From Mobula hypostoma (Eukaryota): a DNA stretch of 64,000 bases. Under the pieces are notes generated by a model. The model worked only from the letters and a program-made list of their open reading frames with translations. It was not told the origin of the DNA and did not search any database. Where the stretch lies: positions 102,860,001 through 102,924,000 of the forward strand of contig NC_086107.1 in NCBI RefSeq assembly GCF_963921235.1. Reading direction: 5' to 3'. Below, piece by piece: positions 25,026-38,310 of the stretch (position 1 is its first letter; each line of letters begins with the position of its first letter). A program made the position numbers and the translations under genes.

Positions 25026-28000
25026 TAGAACCAAAAACGTTGACATGCATTTTCTGCCTCCACTGCTGTTGCTCAACCTACTGAGGACTCCTGGCAGGTT
25101 TTTTTAAAAGTAAGATTTATGTTGTAATGTGATTACTTTTATTTCTTTCTGGAGATTCTAGGTGTTGTTTCAATTCAGCAGAATTCTTACATTTTCCCCA
25201 ATTAGTCTGGTTTCTTTTTAGCAAAATGAACCTTTTTCTTTTTATTCAGTACCTTTGGACTTAATAGCAAAGGTGTTCCAGTTGTAAAGTTTTTGTAGCA
25301 CAAAGGAAAATGTACTTAGGAATTTCAACTAATGCCTCATACCTTTTATGTACTTTGTTCCTTCGTCACCAGTGAATAAAAAGGAATTCCACAGTACATA
25401 TCATGGAACGTTGGTCATCTGCTCTGTATCAATTTGCAACTGTATCTGACAGAGCAGTCACATGGAAAGATATGTAGACATTACTGCCTTGGCAACATCA
25501 AGTATTCCATAACTCCATGTTAACTAGATTCGCTGTATGGCTGTATGTAGATTGACCAGGGGTTCCCAACCTTTCTTTACACCATGGACCGGTGCCATTA
25601 ATCAAGGGGGCAGTGGATCCCAGGTTGGAAACCCTCACAGTTAAGAGTAACTCTATTACAGCGCCAGAGACCCGGGTTCAATTTCAACATTGTAAGGAGT
25701 TTGTACATTCTCCCTGTGACCTCCGAGTGCTCTGCTTTCCTCCCACATTCCTAAGCTGGATTGGTGGCATGGACTCATTAGGCTGTTAGGGTCTGTTACA
25801 ATGCTAATTTTAAAAAAACACACTGGAATGAAATATCTTTATTATATGGAGGTTGGCTTTGCAAATTGCAATGTCTCTAAGACTTGAGAAATGGGCAGCT
25901 GTAGTTGAAATTCTGCATAATCAATAGATCACCACCTAAAATAACAGAATTAAAATGAAAGCCTACTTTCCCAACCACCCCCAACCCGGCCTTTAAAGAA
26001 AGATGTGTCGTTTGTATAATGTCCCCACTGCTGCTCAGGCCGATGTTTATTGTTCACTGCCGAATCTAATGATCCAGTGAGGGGTAGGGAACTGATGTGG
26101 GGTCTTGCGTGTGCAAGTTAATTATTGTATTTCCTATGTTACCACAGTAACTGTAGCTCAAAATAAAGGCACTTCATAGTAAAAACACATTGGATGTCCA
26201 GAGGTTGGGAAGCAAACTAAAATGTCAGCCTTCCTATCTTGCCAACTGCAGCCTCATGGGTCTAGAGTGTTAGGCCTGGTATAGGAATGCCAGTGCTCAG
26301 GAACAGAAAAAGTCTACAGGAAGTGGTAGACACAGCTCAGTCCAACACAGCCCCACCCTTGAGTATATTTACATGGAGCACTGGCACTAGAAAACAGCGT
26401 CCATCACAGACCACCCATCTGTCCTCTTTTCACTACTGCCAGTGAGCAGGAGGTACGGAAGCCCAAGGTACCATACCACTAGGTTCAGGAAGTTATTACT
26501 CTCCAGCTGTCAGGGTCCTGAACCAGCATGGATACCTTCACTCACCAGTGCTCTGAACTGATTCTACAACCTGCAGCCTCACTTTCAAGAACTCTTTTCT
26601 ATTTCATATTTATTTTATTTGCACATTGTCTTCTTTGACACATTGGCTGCTTGTTAGTGTTTGTTCATACATAATTTTTCAGAAATTGCCCTGTATTTTT
26701 TTTCTTGGAAATGCCTGCAAGAAATTAAATCTCAAGGTGGTATACACTACATGTACGTACTTTGTTAAAGATACTTTGAGAACCTCAGTCTGGAGTAGCA
26801 TTACCAAGATATCTGCGACAGTGTTTAGCACGTGCTGTGTCTATTCTAGTCAAATGATGAGGTTTTTCCACCACCTCTTATATGATGAGTAACGCACCTG
26901 CAATTAACCTGTCAGTACAAGCTGGAATGTTGAAAGATTATGCCATGCTTTCCCCTCAGGTTGAAGCAATAGGGAGCAAGATGTTAGGATCTAACATGAA
27001 ACCAATCTGCTTATTCAGCCCAGGTTCTATCCAAACCCTCAGTCATTGTGCTTACTGTTTCGGAAATATTACACGAATATTGATGCAAATTTTACCAAGA
27101 TTTTCTGTGATTTAGTCCATTAGGAACCAGGTAGCACCAAAATTGGCCTACTTTCTTCAGCAGTTGTAGCATTCTATTTGGTATTAGCAACCGTTAAGGC
27201 TGCACTTACCATCAGAAAATGGTCTTCCATTGTTACAAGAAGCAGGACTTTAGCCCTACATTTATGCTTGTAAAGCTCCCTGCAAATTGCTAATTCCTGA
27301 AGAATGATTTGCAGTGGAATACTTGTCAACCAAAACAGGGTGAAGTGCAATATTATCAGAGGCACATTTTATAGCCATTTATTAACCCTCTGTATCTTGT
27401 AGGATATGATATGCCTGATAATGAAAGAATCTCTTTGAGATTCATCCTATTTGAATCTTGGTCTCAGGATGTGTAACTACAGCCTATCAAGATTACAGAC
27501 TTGAGGTGTGGCAACTCAAATTAATTAATTAAGCATGTGATACTTTCCATAAGACACAGGAGTAGAATTAAGCCATTTGATCATGGCTGCTATTATCCCC
27601 CTCAACCTCATTCACCTGCATTCTCCTCAATCTGTCATCCACCTCCTCCACAAGGCAGTTAAATCGGTTTATTTGTGAAAGCTGGCAAATCATTTTTGTA
27701 TTTGCTATTTAATTCTTTCCCCATCCACCCTCATGAAGCTAATGCCTCTCTACAAATAGTCCCATGATAAAAATCCCTGTCTCTCATCAAATATCAAATG
27801 AGCTAGTTTCACAGTGAGGATTTCCAATCCCACAAGTTGAAGCCTTATTCACCTTGATTAACTTCAGAACAGCTTGCTATGGAAACACCAATGCCCTAGA
27901 ATGGAAAATCCTACAAAAAAAACAGTAGATACAGCTGTCCATCACAGATAAAGCCCTCCCCATCGAGTACATCTACACAGAGCAGTGTTGCAGAAAAGCA

Positions 28001-28429
28001 GCATCCATCAACAGAGACCCCCACCACACAGGACATACTTTCTTCTCACTGCTGCCATCCAAGAAGGTGGTATAGGAGCCTTGAGACTCACAGTTATTAC
28101 CTCACAACCATCGGGCTCTTGAACCAAAGGGCATTAACTTCACTCGCTCCATCACTGAACTGTTCCCACAACCCATGGACTGACTTTCAAGGACTCATCT
28201 CATTTTCTTGATACTTATTGTTTATTTGGTTTTTTTTTTGTGTTGGCACAGTTTGTCGTCTTTTGCTCAATGGTTGAACATCCAAAGTGGTGTGGTCTTT
28301 CATTGATTCTATTATGGTTGTAATTCTATTATGGATATATTGAGTATGCCCACAAGAAAATGAATCTAAGGGTTATGTATGTGTCCCCATATATACTTGC
28401 ATAATAAATCTACTTTGAACTCACCTTAT

Positions 28430-28750
28430 AATGAAGTGCTTTTAAGCATAGTTACTGTTGCAAGTGTTAAGAAATCAACCACATTACACAAAGCAAGCTT
28501 GCACAAACAAGGCAAATTATTTTGATTAAGGATTAACATTAAACAGGACATTAGTCATGCTTTAAACTTTGATGGGTTATTTTGGCAACTCGTGCATCTG
28601 AGAAAGCAAAAGTGCAGACTTAAATCTCACTGACTGCAGCATTTCTAATGTGAAGATTCTTTCTACAGAAGACACTAAAGTCGGACTACAGATCACAACA
28701 CAGCTTGTGAGTGGTATCTGACCGTGACAGAAAACTGACCCATGAGCAGA
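28430..28750 (-). mobile_element. Old Deu-domain SINE-like relic (AmnSINE1/SacSINE1-like)
   Basis: Weak by-eye similarity to the Deu-SINE body and 3' part; similar relics at about 26100-26230 (+) and 16930-17150 (-). Confidence 0.35.
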
Positions 28751-29386
28751 ACAAGCACTTCTCAGTGTGACACCTTAACCTTGAACTATCTATGCTTAGA
28801 ACATACTGCACTTTGAACATCAGAAGCAGTAACTGCAATTGCATTTAGCCCATATTGTTTAGCTTAGTAAGCTTTCTTTGGGAGTTAAGTGAGATACAGC
28901 TGTCAGAAACAGTTAATGTTTCCCAAGTTGATCTTTTAAATGTTCCAACTCCGTTGTGAGAATGCCAGAGTTTTAAGTCAAATATAGCAACAGGATTAAA
29001 ATATTACCCTTTCTCTTGACTGTAGAAGGGAGATGAGTGTTCAAGTGTGTTATTACCCATTAAATGGTCTACAAACAACAGCTAGCTAGCAGCCACCTAG
29101 CTACAGGGCACAAGGGAAGGAAAGTGAAAATGTTTTGACTCTTCTGGTAGGGAGCTGCTCGTAACAGCACTGTGGTTAAGAATGGGCAAGGATTAGAGTG
29201 TTTACTACTTCTCCATAGGATAACATAGCAGCACTCCAGACACAGAACAGAATTTTAAGTTTTGTTGAAAAGTTGCACAGGAGCAAGCGGGCACATAGTA
29301 CTCAAAGTTAATTGCTATAAAGTACAGAATTAATCGTTTTTTAAAAAATAAAGGTACTACACACAAACAGCTCCAATTTTCATGCT

Positions 29387-29392
29387 TTTAAT
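29387..29392 (-). terminator. TOB2: Distal polyadenylation signal ATTAAA
   Basis: Minus strand: gtATTAAAagcatgaaaattggagCTGTTTGTGTGTagt, a signal followed about 17 nt later by a GU-rich element. Confidence 0.6.
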
Positions 29393-32300
29393 ACAAACTT
29401 AAAAAAGATCCGGAACATTATAAACTATACAGCTCTGACCTCACCTACAACAAATCTGCAAAAACATCTTAGCGTCAAGCAAGTATTGCACAATGTTCCA
29501 AAGTAGAAAATTGGGATATTTTTCAGTCTACAATAAAAGGAATTATTTGCATCCGCTTTCCTTAACAGAAAATAACCATTCCTTTCAAAAAAGTAAAATG
29601 TACATAATTTGAAAAAATCCTGCCATCGTTTTTACTTTTTCTGAAGCATACAATGTCAATATCTGTTTTCAATTTTTTTTGAAAAAATAATTTGTTGCAT
29701 ATGAAATCTGAAATGAAATTACAATAATGTACATTAGAAATATATACTCTTAACCTTTACAAACATAGTAAATTATCAAGCAAAGGAAACCAAAGAAACT
29801 TAAGATTCCGATCAGTTAGTGCCAATTTTTTTAAAAATAAAAAATAAAACCAAGCAGTGTTTTTTTTTAATGTTCAAGTAAAGAAAGGCTAACATCTGCA
29901 TAATACATCACATCACCTCAATGAAGAACACTTGGGGTGGGGGTGAGAGGGGAGGGTCAGGGAAGGAAGAAAGAAAAGGAATAGAAAGTCCTCAAAAGGC
30001 AATAATTTTAACAAAAAAATGACCAGTTTCTTTACCCTCAACAGCACATCTAAAAAGCTTATGAAACAGGGATGCCATTAAATCATCCAGGAACTGAGAC
30101 TAATTGTACCTCATAAACAGATTTCTTATTGTGTTTCCATCCTTTTGCTGACAGGCAGAACTTTGTTATGGTCACCAAGGCTGCCCCAGAAGCACCAATC
30201 CCAATGTCTGGCGCAGACAGACTGATCCATTGCATGCCAGGAAGATCAGATCCCTGACACTAAATGAGCCTCTGCTTGGGCAAGTTTTTACTGCCTCATT
30301 AACAAATACTAGAAGGCCCACATATCTGCTGAATGACTTTTAAGGTCACAAGTCTTGAGGATGAGGGTTGGGCTGAAGAAAGAGGGCCAGGTGTCAAAGC
30401 CAAGGCTACTCATTGATGTTAAGTTGCTATTTTGGCCTCAAGATTAGAGGTCAATTCTGCCTTCTGTTGATCAAAAGTTGTTGTTCTGCATTGCCTTATT
30501 GTTGGCTGCATATTCTCCCATTATAATTCATGAGGCAAAGTGTACCTTTTTCAGCCTTTGTTCAAACTTTCTCACCAATACTCAACTGGCAATTTGAAAA
30601 AAAACTTTCCCAATAGCAGGATACTAATCTTCAAACCTTGGAAGAACACAGTGAATGTTAAATGGTCACTGGACACAAGCGGGGAATGTAGGCATTGTTC
30701 TTACTTTAAGTCAAAAAGCTTGAAAAGGTGTCCCTAGAACATGAACAGAACAAAATTTACAATGATCTTTTAGCCACCACCATTTCCTCCATATTCCTTT
30801 CTATACCACAAAAGTGCACATTTTCTGCCGTGCTCTTTTTTAAAAAAATATATTAAAAGCAACTCAACTAAATCCCGGCAAGCCAGAGAAAAGCTTTAAA
30901 ATGCAGATTTTCAATTGTGTTTAAATGCAAACTTTGTTTGTAAACGTACAATTTGGGTGACCACTTTCAATTTCAGAAATACTAGTTGAAAATTATAGGC
31001 AGTTGTGGCATTTGCATTTTCGGGGTGCATGTATGTTAATTCCAAACAGTTCAGAATAACAAACAGCATGCTATTTTGACATGGGCCAGGGAGCAGCGGG
31101 ACATCAGTCAGGGTACATACACCAACTTCAACTCTAAAATGATCAAATCATCTGTTTCAGCAGTCCAAGTCTTAGTACAGTGTGTGGGATGTTGGGATAA
31201 CAGCACAAGTCACACAATAGCTCAAAAAAATCAATAGTTCCAGCATTGTATATTGGATTCTGGGTTACTGATTAGACAAGGTTGAGATGGCAGTGGGGCT
31301 TAATTGCAGTATAGGTGCACTGAACAATAATGACTCAGCCAAAAGTGTTATGATAATCTGGATTTGCTGAATCACTAGCCAAGCAGATTATACAGCAGTT
31401 GCAACTTGAATGTATGGCTAGTCCTCAGTCCCTTACTCAAGCTCAGGACTTACACTCCATTAATTGCTTAAGGCCTAATAACTTCAGGACTCCCACAACA
31501 ATTCAAGATAAATACTAAAGCAGATAGCTGTACTCATCTGGTCCTTTAGGACTTCTTAATATTACCCTTGATCGTTATATTTGGTTCTTTAACTAGTTGT
31601 GTTCAGATTGTGTTCTTAGAGGTTTAAAGCCACAGCACTAACGAGGCTGAGCCGTAACATTAATCTAGTAATTCAGAAACATTTTAATGCCAGAACCATG
31701 TACAAATATAGGACTTGCTCTTTAAAATCAGAAAAAAAACCATAAGGTATAATGAGCTTTCACCCTTTAATCTGGGTCAACTTTTACTGTGAATACTGTT
31801 AGTCGTTGGTGCTGATCACCAGCATTGTCCCAAAATAGCTGCGCTGGGCCCACAGCTCAGTGATTGCACATGATCCAGGGGAGGATAAAAGCTGAACAAT
31901 CAAATCTATCAGGGATACTTCCAGGAAACTCTTAGTGCTCGGTTCAAGTAGACCATTATCAAACTTCAGAGGTCATCAGCTACTTAGTATATTAGGGGGA
32001 GTGTCATAAATATTATAAATATTGGAAGGATAGTGTTCCTATCTGAAGCATGTACTTGCGCAGATTGTAAGCTTTATTAACTGATAGTCTGAACCCAGCT
32101 TTTTTTTCTCCCACTTGGCTGCACTGTTTGGGTAGGACACAAAGGAAACCTGCACCTTTACCACAGTAAAACAGAGAATAAATCAGAGGAGATGCTCGCA
32201 TTGTCTAACAGAAAGCTACAGAGCAACGTTGGAAGAGGTCTAAATGCATTCTGCCTCCTTTGCTTGTGAGAGAAAAGAATTGGTTTTTAAACAACCAAAT

Positions 32301-34734
32301 TGATCAAACATAGCTCTAACTCCTGGGTCCCTATCCCAACTTTCAGTACCAGTAATACATTAGACCAGTACAAACAACTCACATCTGGCAAATCCCAAAA
32401 TCAAATAAAGAGCTTTGGTCACCCACCTTTCCTGCTGAATCACCAGCTTAGTTATTCTAGGCAGGGTTTTGGAATAAATTAAAATTACTTCTCTTCAGGG
32501 GTGGCTTGGAATTAGCTGCTTAATAGTTTGATCAGTGGGTAAGATGGAAAATGCAAGGAGCAGAAGAGAGCTAGTATGAGGTCAAGAATACCTTCGGGGT
32601 GAATAGAGGATGCCCTAATCTTGTGGGTTATAAACAGCACAAGTCCTCTTGCATATATTCATAATATGTATAACAAGTGCTTCCTTTGATATGCAAACCC
32701 CACTTTATTCTTTTTTTTCTACGATTCTAAACCTAATTAACTGTTCTAACAAACCTTTTAATTTGGTCAACTATTGCAATAAAAAGGAACTCTGAAATAT
32801 TAGGATAAAATATTTATCAAATTGATAATCACATCACCAACACCCCCTGTTCATCTCTGAGACCGAAATAACCAGCCTGGTCATCTAAGACAGGTTGGAA
32901 ATGCATCAAATTAAATACTGCTCTCCTATCCGAGGATAATGCTTAAAGACTTTTTTTTGTAATTGGAAAGTAAACACTGCTGCACATGTCCTTGTGACTC
33001 GATGTGAACTGATCAAGCATGTTTTACAGTAACTTCAAACTATTTTGTCAAATCCCTTTTAAGATGACTGCAACTCCTTCCAAACAAGTTTTAATACAAA
33101 ATTACTAGATGTGTCAAGGTCAAGCCTGTATTGCCACTTACAATGGGTCTGGTTACTCATTACAGTATAGCTGCTAACAACAGGCTTCATGAAATCCTGA
33201 CTGTGGCATTGATAAGTTCAATAAAAGGGTAATTTTCTGTTGAGATGAAATTGCTGGAGCATCATTTGACTGTAGCTCATGCCAAGTAGAATGATTCTGT
33301 TAACTAAAAGCAGTTCAGCAAAGAGAGCTGAAGCACTTACTGCAAGAGTCAACCTCAGAACACACTGCACTACACAATGGAAAGGAAGAGCGGAGCTGTA
33401 TAGGCAACAGCATAGATCTATTCAAATACAGAGTTATTTGGGCATTACAGATTGATTACTTCACTGTCAAGAACCTGAAAACCAAAGAAAGACAAAATAA
33501 CCCTTCTCAGTGACTGACAGGATACAGCATTTACTACCAAGTCCTGACTGGTATGATAGCCATATATTATTTCAACTATAATTTAGTCACTTACATCTTT
33601 CCTGTTGTATCAGATTCCACCAGCCTATTCATGGACCTGGTATGTTACTCTACAGCTAACAGCTGGACCACCGCAAGGACACAATGTGCAGCAGAGTTTA
33701 ACAGATAATTGGCCTCATGCGCTTTTAAATGCCTGGGTTCATGGTTACTCAAAGCCCCCCACCCCAACATACGATCAGCTCAAGTATCATTTCAGCTACG
33801 TCTGGCATCAGAGGTGAATATCGCGCAGCTCCCATGACAGAACATGGGCTATCCCAAGTGTGATGCATCCCTTCCATCAGTAAAAACTTGATGTCACTTA
33901 TAGCAGGCCTACGGCCGCATTACAGGAAGAGGAGAAAAGAGCTTGGCTCAAAAGAACCCAACTGAAAAAACAGACGTATCCCGGAACTCCAAGGTTCGAA
34001 TTCAATAAAGGTATCACAGAAGGATCTTACACTGGAATGCAAATGCCTATCCATCACATCCGATACCGCACAAACTGCTGCTGAGATCATTCACCAACTT
34101 CATAGCAATCTGGGAAAGTAGGAGGCTCTCTAAGATGCAAGGTACTGTAGATCTTCAATGTAGAGCTTGTTACTTAGTACAACCAAATGTTATTAAGTCC
34201 TTAGAGCATGATGCACAGCTTCACAGGATTGTTTTTTTTTGCTAGTTGCCACAATACAGTAGTAGTTTGAATTAGGAGATCAACATGGATGAAGACCTTC
34301 AAAGCCCTTTAACCATGATGGCAGATTCTGTTGCAGCGCAGAGTGAGGTGTTCTCGTTGACAAGACTTGCTGAGTTTTAAGGAGGGGAGCGAGAGCGAAC
34401 AGAACAAATGCCGTAACTCCACAGACAGCCAGCATGGACTGGATAAGACCAGGCACTCCCACTGCTTCAAGATGTTTGTTTTTTTTTGGCAGAATTCTGC
34501 TTCACTACGAACCTGCCAAACTTATTCACCAGTAATGGCTTCTCATCCCACAGTACTATAGCAACTCTTAAAAAATAGTGGGAAATGTGTTCTCCTAGCA
34601 ACCCCGATCCAGCTCCTACATAACAATTACAGTGCAAAATTAAACACAGATAGATACTGGCACAGGTGTGAGGTAATGCCCCAAATCTAACTGCTGTGAA
34701 AAACTGATAACACTACCAGTTATATATTGTGACC

Positions 34735-34740
34735 TTTATT
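34735..34740 (-). terminator. TOB2: Candidate proximal polyadenylation signal AATAAA
   Basis: tttatt on the + strand about 320 nt after the stop codon; downstream element is weak. Confidence 0.35.
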
Positions 34741-35057
34741 TTACTCAAATTTAGAGTATTCTAATATTTCAGTATTCCACTTTTAAGATGGACTTTTGGT
34801 GCCATGTTTCTCCAAGGGAGGAATATAGAATTTTCAACAAAAAAAGTTTCATTAACTCTGGAAAAATCCTACAACCTACCAAGGGATTGCAGTATGCGAC
34901 TTGAACGAATCCAAAGAAAATTTTGAAAACTTGGGAGATGATTAAAGTTGGAGTGGAGGCTTAACTTTAAACTGTTCCCAAAGTGCTCTTCAACACGATA
35001 TATTAGTGTTGGCCTTCTTTGAGTTCTACATATAGAAAGAGTTCTTCACTAAATATT

Positions 35058-35972
35058 TTAGTTTGCCAAGACAACTGGCTGAAATGGCTGGTTAGGATAC
35101 TGCATGGTATTCAAGTTGAAGTCAAGTCCTTCCACAAACGGGGCTTTCTCGCCCAGGTTGTTGTTATTGTAGATTGGTGGCACCTCAAAGGCATTAGGGA
35201 ATGGCGCCGGGCCAGATGATGACTGATTTTCATTCCCGAAGTACAAGCTCAGGGAACCGGGGTACACAAACTCCTTGGCATTGGGAGAAAGGGAGGATGG
35301 TGGAATCTGGTTGCTGCTGAGGACTAGCGAATGCATTGATGTAGACAAACCTTTCTGCTTAATCAAGCCATTGGTCGGAGAGCGAGCCATTCTGCGGCCT
35401 CCAGTTTTCATCTTGGTGGACCCAAATTTGGTGGCAGCAAAGGCTGCAGTGGTAAATGTGATTGGCTGAGTAGACCTCGGGATGAAGGTGGGGCTCACTG
35501 AATTTCCAAAGGATGGTGACGGAGAATTAGACAAAGAGTTGCCCTGGTCAGTGATGGGTGTGAAGACCTGGGCCTCTGGGTTAAAGCTGCTCTTTATCTC
35601 CTTGTCCAATTCTGCACTCTCATTGTCGTCCATGTAGAGGACCTTCACAGCCCCTTTCTCACCAATCTGATAGGACACCTCAAACGGATCAATCCAGAGG
35701 CTCAATTCTTGCGGAACATTGGCCCGAATATCTTCTATATCTAAACCACTCCTCCTTGCAGCTTGCTCTATGATGGGGTCCACAGTTTCTCCGATATGGA
35801 CACACCTGTACCCAGATCCTTTCAGGGGCTTTTCTAGGTACCAATGGCCCTCATATTTCTGTTTCAGCAACCGCTCCAGCTCCTCGCCGAAGAGGTCTGC
35901 ACGTCGCCGTGGTAATTTGTTGTACAGATAGGAGATTATGAAATTTAAAGCCACTTTGATCTCCAAATGCAT
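35058..35972 (-). CDS. TOB2: Transducer of ERBB2 2 (BTG/Tob antiproliferative family, CAF1/PABP adaptor), 304 aa, single coding exon
   Basis: Translation [61 protein letters not shown]...[18 protein letters not shown] is a BTG domain (boxes A/B). PAM2 motifs SFNPEAQVF and [11 protein letters not shown] are present. [17 protein letters not shown] and C-terminal FQPVVLAN match TOB2 rather than TOB1. ATG at 35972 has A at -3; the ORF-track extension to 36098 crosses a splice acceptor. Confidence 0.96.
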   Translation of the reverse strand: MHLEIKVALNFIISYLYNKLPRRRADLFGEELERLLKQKYEGHWYLEKPLKGSGYRCVHIGETVDPIIEQAARRSGLDIEDIRANVPQELSLWIDPFEVSYQIGEKGAVKVLYMDDNESAELDKEIKSSFNPEAQVFTPITDQGNSLSNSPSPSFGNSVSPTFIPRSTQPITFTTAAFAATKFGSTKMKTGGRRMARSPTNGLIKQKGLSTSMHSLVLSSNQIPPSSLSPNAKEFVYPGSLSLYFGNENQSSSGPAPFPNAFEVPPIYNNNNLGEKAPFVEGLDFNLNTMQYPNQPFQPVVLAN

Positions 35973-36032
35973 GCTGGATATGGTGACTGGGGCAAGGCAG
36001 TGTAGAAAGAGCTTCAGATCTTCAAACAATTC

Positions 36033-36060
36033 CTTAAAAAGGAGAAATGGAAAAGTTAGT
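36033..36060 (-). promoter_or_regulatory. TOB2: 3' splice acceptor of the TOB2 coding exon (exon begins 36032)
   Basis: Minus strand reads ACTAAC (branch point, 36060-36055), then ttttccatttctccttttt, then aAG|GAATTG, 60 nt upstream of the ATG. Confidence 0.88.
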
Positions 36061-37964
36061 TTACACATACATTTTCTGAGTGCAACTATAAAATACATTT
36101 AAAACAATTATTGGGGCATAAATTCAAACATTATTTCGAGTTTCAGTCATAACACCTAAAGGGAGCAAAAGTGAAGAGATAACCTGCATTGAGGGGTAGT
36201 CAGAAATAAATTAAGCTACTTTAGCTGCTAAATTACTCAAAAAGTGACAAAGTCTAGGAAGCAAAGTTAACCTGGCTTTGTCACTGCAGCCATGCATCGC
36301 TTTCCTAAAAATGACAAAATAAAAGGAATTTAAAAACCATCGACGATCCCCTAATATACTACAGGAAAAGCTTCACTTCAGCAATTATGTGTTCAAAAGT
36401 TTTGACGGGAATAAACTAAATTCATTCTAGTAGCAAAGTACCATCAGAAGGCAGATTTAAAATCCTCAGACAATGAACTTAAAAAATATATTTTTTCTGG
36501 TATAATCTGGGACCCACTGCCAAATAGGTTAAAAGCTTGAACAACAAAAAAAAAGGTTCTGGTAAAAGGGCAGGGGAGTGGGAGTAATTGAAGAGAACAT
36601 GCAGAGAGCTGGCAGTCACAATTGGCAGGCTATACTCCTGTGCTGTACCATAATGGAATTCCATTTCTGAATCTGCACAATATTTTCACCACACTAATCC
36701 CCAGTTTCCCCAGTAACAGGCTTGTAGGCTTGCCAGTACTTCACCTCTCTATACATATCAAAGTGTTCTTTCTAGAAATAGTCTCAGTTTGAATATACAA
36801 GTTATACTGCTAACCAGTAAAATTCAGAATGTGCAAATATACATACTTGTGTGATTACCCTCAGCAATCCCTGTAACTCTGTCTACTTACGAGGTGGTAA
36901 GATCAACACCTACAAAATACACCATGGCTTCGCTTCTTGTCTGGCAATGTCTCCCAAATCCAGGGCCTTTGCCACTGGGAAGAAAGATAACAGGTGCACG
37001 GAAATGCTACCACTTGCAGTATCCAAATCCCGCACTATCCCAAATATTCCTTCAGCTTTGGAATAGGCCACCAAAACAAACCATGGGAGTGCCTCTGCAG
37101 CGCTTAAAGCAGCAGTCACAAGCTCAGGGAAAAGGATGGCCAATAAACACTGGTCTTGCCAGCACCCACACTCTGAAAAATGAAATAAAAGAAATTACAC
37201 TCTCTTTGGCTGAATTTCAGAAGAACCTAGCAGAAGGCGCCACTGTACGTGGTTAACACAACGCTATCACACCTCAGGTCAGAGCTCAAAGTTCAATTCC
37301 GGCATTGCAAGGTTCAAAGATTCATTTTGCCAAAGTATGCATGTACAATACTACTGATGTTCACCTTCTTCAGATAGCCATGAAATACAGGAAGACCATG
37401 GGAGTTGTTGAAAAAGCATTAACCTCTCCCGCCCTCCCTCAATGGTACAAAAAGAGCAATAGCATCAAATCCCCACCACCTCCTCACAGAAAAACAACAA
37501 CAATAGCATCAAATCCCCAACCCCCTTCCCTGCAGAAAAGAGCAGAGCTCTTCTGTGACCTTGTGGGTATCCTCCAGGTGCTCTGGTTTCCTCCGATAGT
37601 CCAGACATATTGGTTAGTAGGTTAACTGGTTAATTGTACACTGCCCTGTGTTTAGGGCAGCGTTAAATAAGTGGGTTGCCAGGCAGCATGGCGTGGCTTG
37701 ATGTGCTGGAAGGGATTGTTCCAGGCTGGAAAGGCTTGTTCTGCACTATATCTCAAATAAGTGTAAAAAGCTGGGTGCTTTGATTATAGGGAAGCAAAAT
37801 GTGTCCAGAGGCACTAAAAAACTTATACCATCATACATTAGTAAATAAACATCCCAAGGATTACAACTCAAGCTCCAATCTGATAATGACATGCTACATG
37901 TAAAATCTACCGACAGTCACTGGATGCCAGTGGATGCTAGATCACTTTCCCCATTCACCATTGG

Positions 37965-38310
37965 GTGCCCCAGACAGAGTAGATGGGAGAAGGATGTTTC
38001 CCATGGCGGGAGAGTCTAGGACAAGAGGGCACAGCCTCAGGATAGAGGGGCACCCTTTCAAAACAGAGATGCAGAGAAATTTCTTTAGCCAAGGGGTGGT
38101 GAATTTGTGGAATTTGTTGCTACATGCAGCTGTGGAGGCCAGGTCGTTGGGTGTACTTAAGGCAGAGATTGATAGGTTCTCGATTGGACATGGCATCAAA
38201 AGTTACGGGGAGAAGGCTGGGAACTAGGGTTGAGGAGGAGGCAAAAAAAAAAGGATCAGCCATGATTGAATGGCAGAGCAGACTCAATGAGACAGGTGGC
38301 CTAATTCCGC
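37965..38310 (+). mobile_element. CR1 3' fragment (TOB2 intron)
   Basis: ESRTRGHSLRIEGHPFKTEMQRNFFSQGVVNLWN. Confidence 0.85.

Larger units (their letters stand above)
29370..35057 (-). other. TOB2: Probable long TOB2 3' UTR (about 5.7 kb)
   Basis: No recognisable transposon across this span, unlike the flanks. U-rich terminal kb, miRNA seed matches, and a distal ATTAAA with a GU-rich downstream element. Confidence 0.6.

Noticed and set aside
22290..25050. Active reverse transcriptase gene
   Set aside because: ORF2 is 5'-truncated and split by several frameshifts and stops.
25100..25550. 3' UTR end of a plus-strand neighbour (AATAAA at about 25375)
   Set aside because: No upstream exons are detectable in 1-25000; it may be unique non-coding DNA but cannot be supported.
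35973..36098. 42-aa N-terminal extension of TOB2 in the ORF track
   Set aside because: It runs through the branch point, polypyrimidine tract and acceptor; family homology starts at Met 35972.
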